Below are positions 1-10,364 of a stretch of DNA of 64,000 nucleotides, piece after piece. The notes beneath the pieces were generated by a model. That model made no database searches, was not told the origin of the DNA, and saw only the letters and a program-made list of their open reading frames with translations. Each line of letters begins with the position of its first letter. The stretch's first letter is position 1. Source of the stretch: Candidatus Krumholzibacteriia bacterium. Its GTDB lineage: Bacteria > Krumholzibacteriota > Krumholzibacteriia > JAJRXK01. The stretch lies in the NCBI GenBank assembly GCA_041484665.1, contig JBGPIA010000007.1, positions 64,001 to 128,000 of the forward strand, written 5' to 3'. The translations under genes were made by a program, and so were the position numbers.

Positions 1-140
1 GAGGCCCCGATCACGGCGACCATCTCGTGGGAGCGGATCGTCAGGTCGACGTCGGACAGCGCCGTCAAGGTGATCTGTCCGCTCGCGTAGACCTTCGTGA
101 CCTTGTCCATCTGGAGGACGGGGGTCGTCTGCTCACTCAT
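1..140 (-). CDS. ABC transporter ATP-binding protein (LolD/MacB-type), N-terminal part, runs off window edge
   Basis: Manual translation MSEQTTPVLQMDKVTKVYASGQITLTALSDVDLTIRSHEMVAVIGAS leads into a Walker A; start overlaps the upstream permease stop. Confidence 0.85.
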   Translation of the reverse strand, partial: MSEQTTPVLQMDKVTKVYASGQITLTALSDVDLTIRSHEMVAVIGA

Positions 141-1383
141 GGCGCAAAGCCTCCACGGGATCCAAACGCACGGCCCGGCGCGCGGGCAGCGAGCCGGCCA
201 AGCAGCCAATCCCGACCAGGACGACGACCGTGACCATCCCCAGCGGGAGCGAAAGGGTCGGCTTGCCCAGGAATTGCAGGGCCTCGCTCTGGATGGGGAT
301 CCGCTGGACGATCTCGACCAGCAGCAGGGCGAACCCGATGCCGAGGTACCCGCCGAGCCCGGCGAGGATGAGCGACTCGCCGACGATTTGCGTGCTCACC
401 GCCGACCGCTGTGCGCCGATGGCCATCTGCAACCCGATCTCGCGGGTGCGGCGGTGCACCATCACGAACAGCATGTTCGCCAGGCCGACGCCGGCGACGA
501 GCAGCGTCATTGCCCCGACGATTCCCAGAAACGTCTGGATCCCGGTCATGATCTTCTTGGCCTCGATGTCGTTCTCAGCAGTGTCCCAGAAGTGGAGGGC
601 GCCCTCGTCCTGGGGATCGAATCGGTAGCGCCGGGCGAAGACCTCGCGCACCTTCGCCTCGACCGCTTTGGGCGCCAGCCCCCGCGCGGCGGTGTAGAGG
701 ATGTTGTTGTAGGGCTGCTTGCCGAAGATCGACTCGAAGGCGGAGAGCGGGATCGCGGCCTTGTCGATGTCCGGGCCGCCGTACATCCCGTTCTGCTGCT
801 TGTCGATCATCACCCCGATCGCCGTGAACGGCACGCCGCGCACGAAAACCGTCTGGCCGATCGGATCGGCGGGGCCGAACAGCCGGTCCTTCAGCTTGGG
901 ACCGACGAAGAGGACCCGTCGCCCCTGCGCCTGATCGACGTCGCTCAGGAAACGTCCCCCGGGCTGAGGATAGTGGGCCCGCATCGTCTCGAAGCAGGGC
1001 ATCACCCCGGTCAGGTGGGCCGAGACCGAGCGACTTCCCCAGCGCAGGTCGACCGCCCAGCGGCTGGCCTCCCCGGCGAGCTGGTCGATTTCGGCCACCT
1101 CGCGCCGCAGCGCGGTGACATCCTCCTCGGTGAAGCGCACATTGCGCCCCGGCTTCATCCCTTGCCAGGGTCGGGTCGTGGTCCCGGCCCACAGGATCAC
1201 CGGAGTGGTGCCGAGCCCCGCGCGCCCCTTCATCATCTGCAGCTTCAGGCCCTCCCCGAACCCGAGCAGAAGCATCATCGAGAGCGTCCCCCAGGCGACG
1301 GCCAGCAGGATCGAGGCGGGCCGCGACCGGCCCCGTCCGAGGAAGCGCCACATCATCGCGAGGCCTTGCATCCACGGTCTCAT
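133..1383 (-). CDS. ABC transporter permease (MacB/FtsX family)
   Basis: GRFL periplasmic motif, GVGLANMLFVMVHRRTREIGLQMAIGA, C-terminal PARRAVRLDPVEALRHE; start trimmed to MRPWMQ. Confidence 0.92.
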   Translation of the reverse strand: MRPWMQGLAMMWRFLGRGRSRPASILLAVAWGTLSMMLLLGFGEGLKLQMMKGRAGLGTTPVILWAGTTTRPWQGMKPGRNVRFTEEDVTALRREVAEIDQLAGEASRWAVDLRWGSRSVSAHLTGVMPCFETMRAHYPQPGGRFLSDVDQAQGRRVLFVGPKLKDRLFGPADPIGQTVFVRGVPFTAIGVMIDKQQNGMYGGPDIDKAAIPLSAFESIFGKQPYNNILYTAARGLAPKAVEAKVREVFARRYRFDPQDEGALHFWDTAENDIEAKKIMTGIQTFLGIVGAMTLLVAGVGLANMLFVMVHRRTREIGLQMAIGAQRSAVSTQIVGESLILAGLGGYLGIGFALLLVEIVQRIPIQSEALQFLGKPTLSLPLGMVTVVVLVGIGCLAGSLPARRAVRLDPVEALRHE

Positions 1384-1388
1384 GGCAG

Positions 1389-2618
1389 CTAGCTCCTCAA
1401 CGCCTCGGCCGGGTTCAGGTAGGCCGCGCGCCGCGCGGGACCCATCCCGGCCACCACCCCGATCAACCCGAGCAGCCCGGCCGTCAGCGCGGCCGTGTGC
1501 CACGAGAAGATCGGCGTGCCCATCTCCTCATTGATGGGCAGATAGCGGCTCGCGCTGACCGCACCGCTGGCCAGCAGCACGCCCAGACCGCCGCCCACCA
1601 CAGTCACCAGCAGCGTCTCCAGCAGGACCTGCCCCAGGATCCACCCGCGGCGGGCGCCCAGGGCCATGGCGATGCCGATCTGCGTGGTGCGGTCCTCGAC
1701 CACCATGCTCATAATGTTCGCGACCCCGATCCCCGCGACCGCCAGCGTCAAGATGCCCAACAATCCCAGGAAGGCCTGGAAGCCGACGAACACCGTCGAG
1801 AACATCGCCAGCATCTCGCCGACGTCCCAGTCCATCAGGGCTTCGTGGTCGGATCCGTCGAAGTGGTGGATCTGTCCCAGCACGCGGAAAATGTCCGCCG
1901 TCACGTCGCTGCTCTTGGCATCCCGGCTCACCTCGACCACGAGGTTGTCGGGATAGCGCTCGCCGAGCGACGCCTGCATCACCGAGGAGGGGATGAAGAC
2001 CTTCCGGACGTCCGGGCCGTTGTAGTTGCTGTCCTGCTTCTTCTCGACCATCGTGCCCACGACGACGAAAGGGATGCCCGAGATCTCCAGCGTGCGGCCC
2101 ACCGCAGGCTCGTCGCCGAACAGGTCGTGGCGGACCTCAGTGCCCAGAAAGCACACCCGGCGGCGATCGCGTTCGTCCGGCTCGTCCAGGAAGCGGCCGC
2201 CGGCCTCCGCGACGATACGGCGCATCGCACCAAACCCGGGACGCACTCCGGAGAGATTGACCGACGTCTCGCCCCGGGGCCCCTTCAAGGTCGCGCTGTG
2301 GCCGTATTCGGGGCTCGCCCGCGCGACGCCCGGGACGAGGCGCGCGATCGCGTCAGCGTCTGCGTCCTCCAGGCGGATGTAGCGACCGCGGGGAAGTCCT
2401 TCATACGGGATCGACGTGCGCGAGCCCCAGATCAGGATGATCCTCTCCCCCAGCCCGGCCATCGTGTCCATCTGCTTGCGGCTGAGCCCTTCGCCGAAGC
2501 TCAGCAGGATGATCACGCAGAAGGTCCCCCAGCCCAGCCCGAACAGGGTGAGCCCGGTGCGCAGGCGCTGGGCCTTCATGTCGCGCCAAAACTGGGCGAG
2601 GACGATCCGAAGCTGCAT
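1389..2618 (-). CDS. ABC transporter permease (MacB/FtsX family)
   Basis: GIGVANIMSMVVEDRTTQIGIAMALGA and PARRAAYLNPAEALRS; paralog of adjacent permease; start trimmed to MQLRIV. Confidence 0.92.
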   Translation of the reverse strand: MQLRIVLAQFWRDMKAQRLRTGLTLFGLGWGTFCVIILLSFGEGLSRKQMDTMAGLGERIILIWGSRTSIPYEGLPRGRYIRLEDADADAIARLVPGVARASPEYGHSATLKGPRGETSVNLSGVRPGFGAMRRIVAEAGGRFLDEPDERDRRRVCFLGTEVRHDLFGDEPAVGRTLEISGIPFVVVGTMVEKKQDSNYNGPDVRKVFIPSSVMQASLGERYPDNLVVEVSRDAKSSDVTADIFRVLGQIHHFDGSDHEALMDWDVGEMLAMFSTVFVGFQAFLGLLGILTLAVAGIGVANIMSMVVEDRTTQIGIAMALGARRGWILGQVLLETLLVTVVGGGLGVLLASGAVSASRYLPINEEMGTPIFSWHTAALTAGLLGLIGVVAGMGPARRAAYLNPAEALRS

Positions 2619-2705
2619 GGCGTTGCTTCTTCGCGGGGCGTGGTCTTCGTCTCTGCGGATCTGCGTCTGCCTGATTCGCGGGACCACCTGTCCGTCTTCG
2701 CGAGG

Positions 2706-3797
2706 CTACTTCTTCGCGAGCGTGCTGCGCGGCGGCTCGAGGACCACGTCCCCCTCGATCAGGCCCTGCTTGACCTCCACCGATAGCCCGTCGGAGAGCC
2801 CGGTCACGATCTCGCGCGGCTCGGGCTTCCCTTTCTTGCCGGGGAGGCGGACTGTGGCCTTGCCGTTCTCGTAGTGGACGACCCGCTCGGGCACGACCAA
2901 CACGCTGTCGGCGCGCGCGATCGCGATCTTCGCGTTGGCGGAATAGCCGGCGCGCAGGACGTTCTGCCCCGCTTCGCCGATCTCGGCTTCGATGTCGAAC
3001 AGGGTGGCCGAGTCCTGCTTGCGCGCTTTGGGAGAGATGCGGCGCAGCGTGCCGCGCACGTCGGCGTTGGGGATCGCGCCGACCGTGAAGTGGGCGGGTT
3101 GGCCGATCGTGAGCTTGCCGACATCGACCTCGTCGACCGTGCCGCGGAAGATTAGCTTGCCCATGTCTGCGAGGGTGATGAGAACCGTGCCTGCCTGGTA
3201 CGACGTGAGGGGTACGACCGGATCGCCCGGGTGCACCTCGAGGGTGAGCACGGTGCCGGTCACCGGCGAGCGGATCTGGTTGCTCAGCTCGCCGCCCTCC
3301 AGGTGGGCGCGCCCGTCCTTGAGCAGGTCGAGACGCTCCTGCTCGAGCTGCGCGCGCAACCGCGCCGAGTCGTGGGCGCGCCGTGCGTCCTGCAGCTCCT
3401 TGTCGGAGAGGATCCCGCGCTTGGCCATCTCCTCGGCACGGTCGAGCTCCCGTTGCGCCCCCTCTTCGGTGACGCGGGCCAGCTCGAGATTGCGCTGGCC
3501 CTCGGTCTTCTCGAGCGGGGTCGGGTCGGGCCGAATGTCGATCAGGGGATCGCCCTCGCGGACGCGGTCACCGACGGCGACGTGGACCTTGTCCACGATC
3601 CCCGGGATCTTCGACTTCACGGAGATCTCCTGCTCGGGGACCACGTTGCCGATCGCCAGGGCTTCCTGGACGATCCCTCCGCGCTGCACGGTGACCGTCT
3701 GCGGAACCTGCTCCGCGTGGAGCTTGCTCTGGCGGGTGAAGAACAGGCCGGATGCGACCGCGACCAAAATCGAGGCGAAGACGATCCAACGCTTCAT
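2706..3797 (-). CDS. Efflux periplasmic adaptor subunit (MacA/HlyD family)
   Basis: N-terminal TM, lipoyl-like SKIPGIVDKVHVAVGDRVREGD, IRSPVTGTV, VDEVDVGKL; GGAGG RBS before MKRWIV. Confidence 0.92.
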   Translation of the reverse strand: MKRWIVFASILVAVASGLFFTRQSKLHAEQVPQTVTVQRGGIVQEALAIGNVVPEQEISVKSKIPGIVDKVHVAVGDRVREGDPLIDIRPDPTPLEKTEGQRNLELARVTEEGAQRELDRAEEMAKRGILSDKELQDARRAHDSARLRAQLEQERLDLLKDGRAHLEGGELSNQIRSPVTGTVLTLEVHPGDPVVPLTSYQAGTVLITLADMGKLIFRGTVDEVDVGKLTIGQPAHFTVGAIPNADVRGTLRRISPKARKQDSATLFDIEAEIGEAGQNVLRAGYSANAKIAIARADSVLVVPERVVHYENGKATVRLPGKKGKPEPREIVTGLSDGLSVEVKQGLIEGDVVLEPPRSTLAKK

Positions 3798-4102
3798 CGG
3801 TACACCTCCCGTGGGGACGGCCGGACAGGGGGCCGGGCGCGCGGCCGGGCTGGCGGTCGGATGGGCGGTCGCAAGGGCGGCTTGCCAGGGCAGCCGTCCG
3901 CCGTGCGTCACCACGGGCCTCCTACGTGCGGGGAGGGCGTGGGGTTTCGTCGGGGGCGGCGGTCCGTGGCCGGCGGGGCCAGAGGCCACAGCGGCGCATC
4001 CCGACCCCCACGATGTCACAGATCCAGAGTCCGCGTCGCCAGCGCGCGTGAGACCACGCGGGCACACCGGTTGCTCGAGCATCCCGCCGTAGAGGTTGGA
4101 CG

Positions 4103-5233
4103 ATGGCGCTGACATCGGCAGACTTCGGCCCGGCAGCCCCACGTGTTTCCGTGGCCGAGCTCGCCCGCCAGTGCGACGAGCTGGCGGCCGTGCCCTGCCT
4201 GGCGGAGTCTCTCGACGCCTACCCCGATCCGGTGGCGGTGCTCAACGCGAGCCGGCAGATCGTGCTGGCAAACGAGTCGTTCGCGAAGGCCGCCGGGCGC
4301 AGCCGTGATGGCTTGCTGGGGATGCGCTTCGGTGAAGCGCTGAACTGCATCCACGCCAACGACGCGCCGCAGGGCTGCGGCACGGGCGCGGACTGCTGCT
4401 ACTGCGGCGCAGCCCTGTCGATGTCAGTTTGCGAGCTCAGCCGCCGGCCCGCCACGCAGGAGTGCCGGATCAGCACCGTCGGAGGCCCAAAGCCCAGCGC
4501 GCTCGACCTGAAGGTGCGGTCGAGCCCGCTCGTGCTCGCGGACGAAGGCTATCTGTTCATCGTGGCCGCGGATGTGAGCGCCGCGAAGCGGCGCCAGGTG
4601 CTCGAGCGACTGTTCTTCCACGACGCGCTCAATACGGTGGGCGGGATCAAGGGCATTCTCGAGATCTGGCCCGATCTCCCGCCGCAAGAGGCCGCGCAGT
4701 TGCGGCTGCGCGCGCAGCAACTTTCGTCCCAGCTCATGGAGGAGATCCAGGCCCATCGCGAGCTCATGGAGGCCGAGCGCGGCGATCTCGCCGTGCGGCC
4801 CGCGGAGATCCACGTCCGAGCGCTCCTCGACTCCCTGCGGACCCTCTATGGGAACCACCCGAGCGCGGAGGGCAAGCTGATCACGGTCTGTTGTGACGGA
4901 TCTGCAGAGCTGCGCGCGGATCCGGTGCTTCTCAGGCGAGTGCTCGGCAATCTCGTGGTGAATGCCCTTGAAGCGTCCAGGCCGGGCCAGGCCGTCACGA
5001 TGACACTGGCGCAGAACGCTCCGCCCGTGTTCGAGGTGCACAACGACGCGGAGATGCCCGAGGCGGCCAAGGCCCAGGTCTTCCAGCGATCCTTCTCCAC
5101 GAAGGATGGGGATGGCCGGGGAATCGGTACCTACAGCGTCCGCCTCCTGACCGAGCGGTATCTGGGGGGACGCGTGTCCTTCACCTCGGATGCCGCCTCA
5201 GGCACCACGTTCCGCGTGCGGCTGCCCGGCTGA
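4103..5233 (+). CDS. Soluble sensor histidine kinase with Cys-rich PAS-like input
   Basis: H-box FFHDALN, N-box NLVVNALEA, F/G2 boxes FQRSFSTK...GRGIGTY; no TM segment. Confidence 0.88.
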   Translation: MALTSADFGPAAPRVSVAELARQCDELAAVPCLAESLDAYPDPVAVLNASRQIVLANESFAKAAGRSRDGLLGMRFGEALNCIHANDAPQGCGTGADCCYCGAALSMSVCELSRRPATQECRISTVGGPKPSALDLKVRSSPLVLADEGYLFIVAADVSAAKRRQVLERLFFHDALNTVGGIKGILEIWPDLPPQEAAQLRLRAQQLSSQLMEEIQAHRELMEAERGDLAVRPAEIHVRALLDSLRTLYGNHPSAEGKLITVCCDGSAELRADPVLLRRVLGNLVVNALEASRPGQAVTMTLAQNAPPVFEVHNDAEMPEAAKAQVFQRSFSTKDGDGRGIGTYSVRLLTERYLGGRVSFTSDAASGTTFRVRLPG

Positions 5234-5361
5234 TCGCGCGGCGCGCCGGCTCGCCCGGGTGCGCACTGCCATGCGGGCATCCCACCCAACAAGCGAACGC
5301 CAGAGCGCCTCTTTACGTCGTGTGCTGGCATTCGCCCAATCCCGCGCGGGCGGGCGCCGTG

Positions 5362-6207
5362 TCAATCCTCGTCCAGCCTGCGGTGGATCTCTTTCACGTC
5401 CAGTTGCTCCTCACCCCAGAGCAGCCGCCCTTCCATGCCACCGGCGACTGTGATCACCTCGCCGCTGATGTGTCGGGCGAGCAGCGGGGACGACAGGAAC
5501 ACGATCGCGTGCGCGATGTCCTTGGCGCGCGCCAGCTGGCGCAGCGGCATGGTGCGTACGACGCGCTTGACGACCGCTGAATCCCGCAGGGCGGGGCGCG
5601 CCATGTGCGTCACAGTCCAGCCTGGCTCGACGAGGTTCACGCGCGCGTACGGATCCAGGCGCACGATCTCGTTCTTGAGCGAGCGCATCAGCCCGTGGAG
5701 GCCCGCCTTGGACAAGGCGTAGTCGCAGTGGTCGCGCTCACCGAAGCGGCCGGCCGTCGAGCCGGTGAAGACGATCGACGCGCCGCCCTCCCTGCGCGGG
5801 CCCGTGCGTGCCAGTGCCGCCATGAATGCGCGTGCGGTCCACGCCGCACCCAAAAGGTTGGTCTCCACGGTGGCCCGCAGGCGCTCGACCGGAACTTCAT
5901 GCAGCGGCCGGTCCTCCGCCGGCCATACGCCCGCGTTGGCGACGCAGACGTCCACGCGACCCCACCGCGCGGCGGCCGTGTCCATCGCCGCGCCGATCTC
6001 GTCGGGCCGCGTCACGTCGGCCGGCAGCACCAGCGCACGCTCGCTCCACCCCTTCTGGAGCACGAAGTCCTCGAGCGACTTCAGCTGCCGCTTCCCCTGC
6101 AGCGCCAACAGCGCCCCTTCGGCCGCGAACGCCTCGGCCACGGCGCGCCCGATCCCGCCCGAGGCGCCGGTGATGAAAACGACCCTGTCCGTCAGCCCGC
6201 TCTCCAT
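5362..6207 (-). CDS. Short-chain dehydrogenase/reductase
   Basis: TGASGGIG, ANAG, YALSK (YxxxK), EPGWTVT. Confidence 0.93.
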   Translation of the reverse strand: MESGLTDRVVFITGASGGIGRAVAEAFAAEGALLALQGKRQLKSLEDFVLQKGWSERALVLPADVTRPDEIGAAMDTAAARWGRVDVCVANAGVWPAEDRPLHEVPVERLRATVETNLLGAAWTARAFMAALARTGPRREGGASIVFTGSTAGRFGERDHCDYALSKAGLHGLMRSLKNEIVRLDPYARVNLVEPGWTVTHMARPALRDSAVVKRVVRTMPLRQLARAKDIAHAIVFLSSPLLARHISGEVITVAGGMEGRLLWGEEQLDVKEIHRRLDED

Positions 6208-6326
6208 GCCGATCCCCTTTGGCTGCGCTGGCGCGGCCGTCGCCTTTGTCCGCGCCTTGGACCCTCTCCGAGCGAGCGTGCAGCATCCGCCGCCTGCGGG
6301 CGGCGACAGGCGCCTGCGCCGCGCTC

Positions 6327-7034
6327 CTAGCCCCCGTCCTGGAACTTGTAGCCGACCTTGTGGATGGTCTTGATGAAGTCACACCCGCCGCTGTCGCCCA
6401 GCTTGCTGCGGATGCGGGCGATGTGCGTGTCGACGGTGCGCGTCGTCGGCATGGCCCCCGGCTCGTAGCCCCAGATCACATTCAGCATCTCCTCGCGCGT
6501 GACCGGCTGCCCCTTGCGCTGGATGAGCAGCCGCAGCATCTCCAGCTCCTTGAGGGAGAACTCCAGCAACCGGCCCTCCTTGCGCACCTCCATGGCGGTG
6601 AAGTCCACCTCGATGTCGCGGAAAGCGAAGCGGTCGGGCGATGCCGCGGGGCGACCGGAGGCGGCGCGGCGCAGCACGGCCCGCACACGAGCGATCAACT
6701 CCTGCACGCTGAAGGGCTTGGTGATGTAGTCGTCCGCCCCGAGCTTGAAGCCCTTGAGCTTGTCCGCCTCGAGCCCCTTGGCCGTGAGCAGCAGCACCGG
6801 CGCCATGAACCCATCGCCGCGCAGGCGCCGCAGCACCTCGAAGCCATCCGCGCGGGGCAGCATCACGTCGAGGATCACCAGGTCGACGCCGCCCGCGCGC
6901 GCGGCAGCGAGCCCAGCGTCGCCGTCGGAGGCCGCGCGCACCTCGAAGCCCTCGTACTGCAGGTTGTGGGCGAGCCCCTTGCGCATGGCGGGCTCGTCCT
7001 CGACCACCAGGATGACCGGCTTGCCTGCGGTCAT
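6327..7034 (-). CDS. OmpR/PhoB-family response regulator
   Basis: VEDE, LDVMLP, GADDYITKPF, winged-helix RTVDTHIARIRSKL. Confidence 0.95.
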   Translation of the reverse strand: MTAGKPVILVVEDEPAMRKGLAHNLQYEGFEVRAASDGDAGLAAARAGGVDLVILDVMLPRADGFEVLRRLRGDGFMAPVLLLTAKGLEADKLKGFKLGADDYITKPFSVQELIARVRAVLRRAASGRPAASPDRFAFRDIEVDFTAMEVRKEGRLLEFSLKELEMLRLLIQRKGQPVTREEMLNVIWGYEPGAMPTTRTVDTHIARIRSKLGDSGGCDFIKTIHKVGYKFQDGG

Positions 7035-7227
7035 GCGTCCTCCGCATCGGTTGCCAATTGCTCGTCTTGGGCGGGCTTTGCAGCCGGCCGTGGCTCCATC
7101 GTATCACCGCTCGCCCGCAGCCGGCACGCGCCGCGGCGGCCCCCGGCGGCCGGCGCGCGCCACGCTGGCCGGGTCGCGCGGACCCTTCGCTGCACGCCCT
7201 TGGGAAACGTGGCGCCGCAGCTCCCGC

Positions 7228-9105
7228 TCAACCCGCCTCGGGCTCGAAGCCCACGGGGAGCCAAACAGTGAACGTGCTGCCCCGGCCAGGCACGCTCTCC
7301 ACGCTCACCCACCCGCCATGGGACTCGGCGACGTGGCGCACGACCGCCAGCCCCAGCCCGCTGCCTTTGACGTCGTGCACCAGACCATGCTCGACACGAT
7401 AGAAGCTCTCGAAGATCTTTCGCTGCTCGCGCTGCGGGATCCCGATGCCGCGGTCGGTCACCGACAGGCAGACATGATCCCCGTTGCGCGCGAGCTTCAC
7501 TCCGATCTCCTTGACCGTGTCGGAGTACTTGGCCGCGTTGTCCAGCAGGTTGATCAGCGCCTGGGCAAGGGCCTCCTCGTCGAGCATCAACAGCGGCAAG
7601 CCCTCTGCGATGTCGACGCGCAGCTCGAAACCCTGTTCGGTGAGCTGGTAGCGGTAGGCGTCCGCCGTCGCGCGCACGGCCTTGGCCGGACTGACCTGGG
7701 CGTAGCTGTAGCGCTTATGGCCGGCCTCGATGCGGTCGAAGTCGAGGATATTGTTGATGAGGTGGGTGAGACGCTTGGCCTCGTTCGAGATGATCTCGAG
7801 GAACTGTTGCCGCTCGGTCTCGCTGCCCACCCGGCCTTGCTCGAGGGTCTCCGTGTAGAGGCGGATCAACGAAAGGGGCGTCTTGAGCTCGTGACTGATG
7901 TTGCTCACCAGGTGGCTGCGCAGTTGGGCCAGCTCGAGCTGCTGGAGGTTGCTGCGCCCCAGCTGGATCACCACCCACACCAGCAGCGCCACCAGCAAGA
8001 CGAGCAGGAGCGGCCACGCTCCCAACCGGCCGTCCCAGCCGGCCGCTCCCGCCGCCGTCGTGCGGATGACCTCGATACGCCAGGGAGCGCCATCTCCCAG
8101 CACGGGGACTTCATAGAGGACGTCGTCGCCGTGCGGAGCGCCGGGTGGGTGGGCGGCCTGGACACCCGCCTCGATCAGGCGTAGCTCGGTGCCCAGCCCG
8201 GCGCGGGCCAGCATGCGCGGCGCCGGCTCGGCGACGCTTCGCCGCCCGGGCGCCCGCGCGCCCGCGGTGTCAGTCGCCGCCGGCTCCTCCTGCGCCAGCG
8301 CCGCCACGCCGGCCACCGCGGCCGGGCGGGCGATCACGGGCAGGACGATGCGCGCCTTGAGCTCGGTCAGGGGCACCACCGCGCCGAACAGCCCTGGCTC
8401 GTCCTCTGGCGTGCGCAGCAGCGGAAAGGTCACGGCGAGCAACGTGTAGTGTCCCGGCCCCGCTGGCGCTCCCACCTGGCGCACATACGGCTCGCATACC
8501 GTGCACGTCGCGCCCGCGGCATCGCGCAGGTCGATGCGCAGCCAGGCGAACCGCGGACCCGCCAGGTCCTCCGCCTCTCCCAACGCCGCGACGCTCGCGC
8601 TGGCGTAGTGCGCGGTGCCGGGGTCGAAGCCCATCAGCTCGCGCGCGCGCCGCGCCATGTGCTCGCGCAGCACCAGCAGCACGGCGTTGCGTCCAGGCTC
8701 CGTCTCTCCCCCCGCGTGCGCGGCAGCATGCCCGCCGGGGGCCGTTGGGTCCTCGGCCAACGGGACGGCTCGCAGCTCGCTGTCAGACAGGAACTGTGGC
8801 GCGTCCATCAGCTCGGCGCTCACGTAGACCCAGTGGAGCGACTTCTGGAACGCCACCTCCCCCTCGCGGCGGGCGAGCATCAGCTTCTGCTGGCGCGGCT
8901 GGAAGTAGTCCAACAGCTCGCGCGCGATGTGGGCGCGGGCGAGCTCGCCGGCGAACACGGCGGAGGTGCGCAGCTGCGCGCGCCGGGCGGAGCTCGCGCT
9001 GCGCATGGCGGTCCATCCGGCGTAGCCCAGCACTAGGATGGGCACGATGGCCAGAACCGTGATGGAGGTGACCCGGCGCCGCTGCGCGGGGTCGTCGCTG
9101 CGCAT
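7228..9105 (-). CDS. Membrane-bound sensor histidine kinase (HisKA + HATPase_c)
   Basis: Two TM segments, ISHELKTPL, NLLDNAAKY, DRGIGI, GSGLGL. Confidence 0.93.
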   Translation of the reverse strand: MRSDDPAQRRRVTSITVLAIVPILVLGYAGWTAMRSASSARRAQLRTSAVFAGELARAHIARELLDYFQPRQQKLMLARREGEVAFQKSLHWVYVSAELMDAPQFLSDSELRAVPLAEDPTAPGGHAAAHAGGETEPGRNAVLLVLREHMARRARELMGFDPGTAHYASASVAALGEAEDLAGPRFAWLRIDLRDAAGATCTVCEPYVRQVGAPAGPGHYTLLAVTFPLLRTPEDEPGLFGAVVPLTELKARIVLPVIARPAAVAGVAALAQEEPAATDTAGARAPGRRSVAEPAPRMLARAGLGTELRLIEAGVQAAHPPGAPHGDDVLYEVPVLGDGAPWRIEVIRTTAAGAAGWDGRLGAWPLLLVLLVALLVWVVIQLGRSNLQQLELAQLRSHLVSNISHELKTPLSLIRLYTETLEQGRVGSETERQQFLEIISNEAKRLTHLINNILDFDRIEAGHKRYSYAQVSPAKAVRATADAYRYQLTEQGFELRVDIAEGLPLLMLDEEALAQALINLLDNAAKYSDTVKEIGVKLARNGDHVCLSVTDRGIGIPQREQRKIFESFYRVEHGLVHDVKGSGLGLAVVRHVAESHGGWVSVESVPGRGSTFTVWLPVGFEPEAG

Positions 9106-9192
9106 CAGAGCACCGTCCCTCGTCGCAGCAGAAACGGTGGTGGGGCCTTCAGCCGGGGCGAACAGCGGGGAGCGTGGGCTGTGGAGAGGAAG

Positions 9193-9861
9193 CTACTCGG
9201 ACGATGCACGGCTGACCAGCTGCTGCTGGGCCTGGCCGTCCTCGTGCAGCCACTGGACGAGCTCGGGATCGGTGCTGGTCAGCCCCAGGCTGGCGCCAGT
9301 GTCGGTCATCACCCATTCCTGCATGACTTGGCGCAGGTGCACCATGCGCGCGGCGCACAGGTCGCAGATGTGCGGCTCAGCACCTTTGGCGGGCTTGCCC
9401 TGCAGGACCACGCGCAGACCCTCCATCGCACCGTGGACGTCTTCGAGCGCGCCCTTGCGGACAGCGGTCACCTGGACGAGCACGCCGTGCTCCGTGTTCC
9501 ACGTGGTCATGCGGGCCTGGCCACGCTTGACCAGCGAGACCAGCCCCTTGAACGCGTTGCATTCCTCGCAGCGCGCCGCGGCGGCGGTGGTCTTGGCGGT
9601 GAGGCACTGCCCCGACGGCGCGGTCTGGCAGAGGCGGGTCGCGGACGCGGGCTTTGTCCGCGCGCCTGCATGCGCAACGGCGGGCCCGCACCATCGCGCG
9701 GGCGCACCGAGCCCAGCGATCAGCGCAGCCGCGCAGAGGACGGCGAGAGAGAGTTTGCTCGCACCGCGGCCGGGTTCGCCCGCCGCCCGCGGATGGGATC
9801 GGCTCAGGGGTGTCACGAGAACCTCGCTGGCCGCGGATAGGCAGACCACGGCCGCTGTCAC
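9193..9861 (-). CDS. Hypothetical exported protein with two CxxC-containing internal repeats
   Basis: Hydrophobic signal-like segment; CEEC and CDLC motifs; co-oriented with the two-component genes; start uncertain. Confidence 0.65.
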   Translation of the reverse strand: MTAAVVCLSAASEVLVTPLSRSHPRAAGEPGRGASKLSLAVLCAAALIAGLGAPARWCGPAVAHAGARTKPASATRLCQTAPSGQCLTAKTTAAAARCEECNAFKGLVSLVKRGQARMTTWNTEHGVLVQVTAVRKGALEDVHGAMEGLRVVLQGKPAKGAEPHICDLCAARMVHLRQVMQEWVMTDTGASLGLTSTDPELVQWLHEDGQAQQQLVSRASSE

Positions 9862-9945
9862 AAGGGGGTCTTCGATCTCCTTCCGGTTTCCGGCGGGTCT
9901 CCGGCGAGTGGATCGCGTGCTGAAGTATAGCGGCGGGAGTGCCAG

Positions 9946-9979
9946 AGCGTACCAGTGCAGGTGTCAAACAGTTGTGAAA
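9946..9979 (-). promoter_or_regulatory. Putative OmpR/PhoB-type tandem 11-bp box with downstream -10-like hexamer
   Basis: Minus strand TTTCACAACTG-TTTGACACCTG (9979-9958), then TACGCT (9951-9946); TATACT also at 9929-9924. Confidence 0.5.
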
Positions 9980-10364
9980 TGGAGAGTTGCGGTGCCGCGG
10001 GCGGTGGACGCCCGCCACGCACGATTCTCCTAGATCGCTACGCACTTCACCTACGACGACGGGGCGATTGTGGCGATGCCTTTCGTATCTGGTTGTCGTG
10101 AAAGGAATTGATCGGGCGGGGGTGCCCCGCTTCCGAGTCGCCCCCACGAGCTGTGCGCGCCTTGCCGGTCCAATCTCCCCGGCCGCATCACAGGTTTTTT
10201 ACTTCGAGCGAGCGAACTTCGGGGCCCTGTCGCGCGTCTAAGTGGTCGGCGTCATCGCAGACACCCCGGCGCGGCGCCCCACCCGCCGCGCCGGGGCGAC
10301 GCACGATGCGCCGGCGCCAGGCGCGAGCTGCACGTGGGCGAGGCCCCCTGAGAGGCGGGACGGC

